From assembly GCF_018350175.1 (NCBI RefSeq), contig NC_058374.1:113832001-113896000 (forward strand): a stretch of 64,000 nt of DNA, read 5' to 3'. How positions within the stretch are numbered: the stretch's first letter is position 1; each line of letters opens with the position of its first letter. The DNA is from Felis catus. Taxonomy: Eukaryota. This document shows, piece by piece, positions 59,251 through 64,000 of this stretch. Position numbers and translations under genes: made by a program. Under the pieces are notes generated by a model, which was not told where the DNA came from, made no database searches, and worked only from the letters and a program-made list of their open reading frames with translations.

Positions 59251-60974
59251 CTGACATCTCTCAGCCTTTAGGTACTGTGAAATAACCCCAGTATCTTTGC
59301 AATGAACCTTGATTTTTTTCTTAAAGTAGCCAAATTGGTTTCTATTCTTTACAGCCAAAACTTCTTACATGTATCCTATAGTTTAATAAAATTCACCTTT
59401 CAAATCAAGAGATAATTGAATTATAAGATAACTTATTACTACACTTCTAAATTGCCTACACACACATGCACACACACATACACACCCCTACCTAACAGAT
59501 TATTTAACAGGGATAAAGCCTGAGGTCCGAGAAAACAAAATATTAAGGACTCTTACCAACAGGAAAATCAATACAAGAAAATAAAAATCTCTGAAATCTT
59601 TAGGTAATCAGTGAATATAACAATGATTAGTGGCCTTTCTTATTCTTTTTGACTACTTGTCTTTTAATCCCTAAATGCTACCATGGAGGAAACTTATTTT
59701 ACTGTCTTTTAATTTTCCAAACATCTTAGTTTTCTCTCCTCATATTGTGAAATAGAAAAGCAGACAAACAAAATAATATAACCCTATGACCAATTCGAAT
59801 ATTTCTCCCTGCTTCAGAGTATGAGGTGTGTTTTTGTGGCCATTATAAAAATTGAAAAAAAAAAAAAGTTAAACTCCCTTATCTTGGGTTACTCTATCCA
59901 TCTGTAGGAAGTAGCTTTTCAAAAAAACCTTTAGCAAAAAGTCCCCTCCCCGGTTTTTCCTGCATACATTAACCTCAAGCATTTACTTCCTTCCATATTA
60001 TTTGTACATTTAACCTCAAATTTTCACCCAAGAATTCACAAGCCAATATAAGAAGAGCACAAATGTTAACCATCTGTAGACCAGCCTTGGCAAGCTCCAC
60101 GGTGGATGAAAACCTCTCATCTCACAGAACTGACAAAGGACTATCATATCCACCAGAAGCTGAAACATCCACCCCCCCACTCCGGGTCTCACCCCCCAGT
60201 GAGGAATTCTACAAATATGCACCTCAACCACATAAACATTTTCTTTTTGGTTTCTGGATTGGAGTTCATCTTTTCGGTGCAGGATCAATTTAGCTTTGCT
60301 CCGAAAAATTTGCAAGAAATCAAAAAAACTGGTTTAAAAAGCCAGCAAAGAGACGTAATGGGCATAATTGCCCAAACATGCCGGGACAAGACCATGTGTT
60401 GGAGTTTATTTAAGAAAGCAGAGAAATTCCCAAAGGATTACATCCAGTTGGTTTCTCATTTTGGTAAAGATTTCTTGTGTCTATTGGTTCTGTCAATTAA
60501 AATAGACCCTGCAGGAAACAACGATATTATAAACCCTGTCCAGAAAACCTCCAAAATAGAAAACTTAATGCCACCAAAAGGGGTGGGAGGGCGAATACAG
60601 AACATCTTTTCCCCAGGTGTCTGCTCTAGATTTTGACAATTTAAAAAATGGGAGCGGGGGGGAGAAGAAAAGAAAAAAAAAGAAAATTCTCACATAGGCT
60701 TTTTCCACCGAAGATGACGTACGTTTCTTCTACTTTTCCTCAGTTGAAAGTCCCCCAAACAGCGTACATAAGTACAAAAATCCTTCTTACAACCAGCCAT
60801 TTTTTTATACCACTGGTTTCACCTGTCTTGCAAATGCTGGTTGGGGCTTGACTGGTCAATCCTGCTGATGTTTTCCAACAGTGTATCTATCCACCATATC
60901 ATCCTGATTGGCGCATCCTGTCTTCAAGTACATGATGCCCCGCCTCACGGATAACACCAGATGGGCCAGTAAAT

Positions 60975-61150
60975 CTTAATCTTGACTATACATTAGAATC
61001 ATCTGGGAAAGCTTTAGAAAATAAATCTCAATTTCCAGGCTGCGCCCTTGGCCAATTTCTTCAGAATCGCTAGTGGTGGGATTCAGGCACTGATATTTTT
61101 TAAAGCTCCCTAATGTCTATAATGTGTATCCAAAGCTGAAAGCCACTGCT
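60975..61150. mobile_element. MER5A/B-like hAT element
   Basis: cattagaatcatctgggaaagcttt...aaagctccc...gaaagccactgctaga. Confidence 0.7.
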
Positions 61151-61249
61151 AGATGCCATTTTGGTGTATTAACTCTGACCTTGACTGATGAAAGCTGGTG
61201 AACTATTAGGGAACTTAAGATATAGTGTTATATCCATGATGCTTCAATA

Positions 61250-61472
61250 TTTTTTTTAAAATTTTTGGATGTTTACTTATTTTTTGAGAGAGAAGGAGAG
61301 ACAGAGTGTGAGTGGGGAGAGGCAGAGAGAGAGGGAGACACAGAATTCGAAGCAGGCTCCAAGCTCCAAGCTGTCAGCACAGAGCCTGATGCTGGGCTGG
61401 AACTCACAAACCCGGAGATCATGACCTGAGCCAAAGTTGGACACTTAACCAACTGAGCGACCCAGGAGCCCC
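61250..61472 (-). mobile_element. CanSINE
   Basis: Full body, reversed head cccaggagcccc. Confidence 0.94.
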
Positions 61473-62444
61473 ATCTCAATAATTTTTTTTTAATTAAAAA
61501 AAAAAGAAAGAAAGAAAAAAGAAATTAATTTTCCCTTGGAAACACAATACTACCTGCTTGTTTAAGACATTAACACAAACTTACTGGGTCTTCTCTGTTT
61601 CCTTAAGGAAACACATTCCACAAAATTCCATGAATTGTAGCAGACACGTTCTTCTCTCTTACGGAAGAGCAGCCCATCAGGTTCATTGGAGGGAAAAAAA
61701 AATGGTGCTGTTTCTGATAAAATACCAAAGAGAACACTGTAAGAAAAGTACTGATTCATAACCAGGGTAAAAGGGCTTATAGAACACCACAAATGTGAGA
61801 AACAATCTTTTCACCAATAAGTTAACCCTGACGAAGTAATGATAGAATATTGAAGTCTGGAAGGAAACCTTTAAGATGTGCAGTCATACCCATACTATGC
61901 CTGGCGAAACAGAGTCAGCAGTAGGTGGTTAGGCCAATGTTCTACCACTCAAGGGCTGTTACAAAAGCCATCCTTCTCCTCATTCCTAGTCCAGGGATTG
62001 CGTTTTCAATGGATGCAAAAGTGATTCATTTTGTGTATGGCCAATACTAAATGCTCAATATATTGTAGCGATTGATTGAGGTAATGTGGTAGGAATGATT
62101 GTACCGGTAATAATAACGTCCACAGAGCTTTATTCAGGGTTATGGGCACTACTTTAAAGTACTTCACAAATAAAAACAACGGTTTCTTTTGTTGGTGACA
62201 CCTCACTTATTTGAAGCCTAGGAAGTTTAAGAGCAAAATAATGAAAGAGGGGCAGTAAAAAAGGCTTTTATTAGAGCTGCAATGAAAACTTGGAATAGCC
62301 CTTTACTATTGAATGGCTCATCAACTGTAATCAGTCATAAGATATATACAATGCCATCTGACTTTATCCTTTATCTAGAAGATCCTAGAGTATCATTTTC
62401 CTGATGAAAATACTTTGTATATCTATAAATATATATTAAAGAGT

Positions 62445-62610
62445 TAAAAGTACTTTCATATGTTACTTAATTTAATTCTCATATATAGTCAAAAATATAG
62501 GTATTCTTACTCCTTCTTTATAATTAAAAAACATAAGCTTAGAGAATGAGAGGGATGGCTAAGTGGCTCAGCTAATAAGTAGCAGGGCTAACATTTCACT
62601 GCAGGTTTTC
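62445..62610 (-). mobile_element. MIR fragment
   Basis: ttaatttaattctca...ataggtattctt...aagcttagaga...gctaataagtagcagggct. Confidence 0.55.
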
Positions 62611-63091
62611 TATGGTTGAGCCCTTCATTAAGTTACATAGTTGGCCCATGTCACACTAGCCTTTTGAATAATTGACTTTACGGAGCTACAGTGTAATGCT
62701 ATGTCCTTGGCTTTCATTGAGCAAAAGGAAATCTTTCTCCATTTGAAATCTTGCTTTTTGAAAACATGGTACCTCATTACGTTTTTGAGTATTTCTTATT
62801 AAAGGCTTTGGACACAAATTATTCTCAGAATTCAGAACCAGGAAAGTATCTATATCAACTAACAAGCTGGGAGCTTCCGTTCATTAGATTGGGAGAGCTG
62901 CATGACCCATGGCTTCTCGGAAACTCAAAGCAAAGTTCTTATAGTTGCTCATTCTGGCTTTTCTCAGTCCAGTTTTCTGTGATGTACCATCACCCCTTCT
63001 TTCCCTCCACACCCCCAAGACCACTACCACTGTTATATGGGACTTTTTCTTTTCCATATTTGTCAATGATTCAATGTAATTGTACTGGGAC

Positions 63092-63660
63092 TGTGGTAGA
63101 CATCTGTAGTGTTCGACTACCTGAAAGCTATTTACCCCTTTTGTGGTAATAGAGTGTCATTATTTCTCGGTTGCTTCGTTTCTGCCATTCTCAGTCCATG
63201 TGGTTTAGAGGGAATTAGTCCTGGTCTTTTAGAGTCAAGGGTGGGAACAATGACACAGGCCAGGCCAATCAATGTGCTCTGTTGCTCTGGTCACTGTAAC
63301 TGGATCAAGAATGAGCCATGATATTAACATAAGGTCTATCAAAGCCTTTCGCCACCGTGACTGTGAAGACGGTGTTAATTTTCAGAATATGGGCATGAGA
63401 AACTAGAGTTCTAGGCTGCCATTTTGTTCCACAGGAGACGGTGCCTGACAATGGAGCCAACCCAAAGGAAAGCAGACCTGAGATGTGAAGACAGGGAAAC
63501 AGATACCTGATGACTTCTTTGAATCCCAGATTTAGTTGTGTTAGATGTGGGTTCTACCTCAGGACTTCAACTACATGGACTGATAAATTCCCTTTTGTGC
63601 TTAAACCATCGTAGTTGGGGTTTGCTGGACCTTACGATCCAATATGGGTTAACAAATGTA
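63092..63660 (+). mobile_element. LTR16-like ERVL LTR
   Basis: tgtggtagac start; caggccaggccaatca; ggagccaacccaaaggaaagcag; ataaattcccttttgtgcttaaacc. Confidence 0.65.
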
Positions 63661-63664
63661 ATGA

Positions 63665-64000
63665 TTTTTTTTTCTGATTTCATTTATTTATTTACTTATT
63701 TAATTTCATTTTATGTTATTTATTGTTTAATTTACATCCAAGTTAGTTAGCATATAGTGCAACAATGATTTCAAGAGTAGATTCCTTAATGCCCCTTACC
63801 CATTTAGCCCTCCCCCCCACAACCTCTCCAGCAACTGTTTGCTCTCTATATTTAAGAGTTTCTTATGTTTTTGTCCCCCTCCCTATTTTTATGATTTTTG
63901 CTTCCCTTCCCTTATGTTCATCTGTTTTGTATCCTGAAGTCCTCATATGAGTGAAGTCATATGATATTTGTCTTTCTCTGACTCACAAATTTTGCTTAAC
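63665..64000 (-). mobile_element. Feliform L1 3' end (runs off the window)
   Basis: T tail plus aatttacatccaagttagttagcatatagtgcaacaatgatttc...ccttaatgcccct. Confidence 0.93.

Noticed and set aside
60106-60636. 176-aa ORF in unique sequence
   Set aside because: No family resemblance, promoter or splice context. A homology or PhyloCSF test would be needed.
1-64000. CRISPR arrays, operons, defence systems, rRNA or snRNA genes
   Set aside because: This is vertebrate DNA. The recurring repeats are dispersed SINEs and microsatellites, with no repeat-spacer structure and no recognisable structural RNA.

Overview
Mammalian genomic DNA from a felid. The many tRNA-derived CanSINEs include 8 near-identical copies of the young cat subfamily, so this is probably Felis or a close Felinae relative. 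The only recognisable protein-coding gene is BTG1 on the minus strand: inferred TSS ~31185, TATA box at 31207-31213, two exons, stop codon at 29367-29369, CpG island ~29960-31880. Four of the six N-gaps sit on BTG1 mRNA sequence, so only P108-G171 of the protein is readable. The remaining ~55 kb is intergenic and repeat-rich: 32 CanSINEs, carnivore and ancient L1 pieces, L2, MIR, MaLR/ERVL/ERV1-type LTRs, and hAT and Tigger MITEs. No prokaryote-type systems, CRISPR arrays, rRNA or real tRNA genes were seen. The best leads are (1) a 23-codon uORF in the BTG1 leader, (2) SINE orientation flipping at the BTG1 promoter, suggesting long outward transcription on both sides, (3) a TSD-flanked L1 copy made only of a short 5'UTR plus the ORF1 N-terminus, (4) gaps tracking the spliced mRNA, hinting at a BTG1 retrocopy elsewhere, and (5) a SINE carrying a captured parental 3' flank. 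Repeat family names and all human comparisons come from recalled consensus sequences, not database searches, and most repeat boundaries are approximate.
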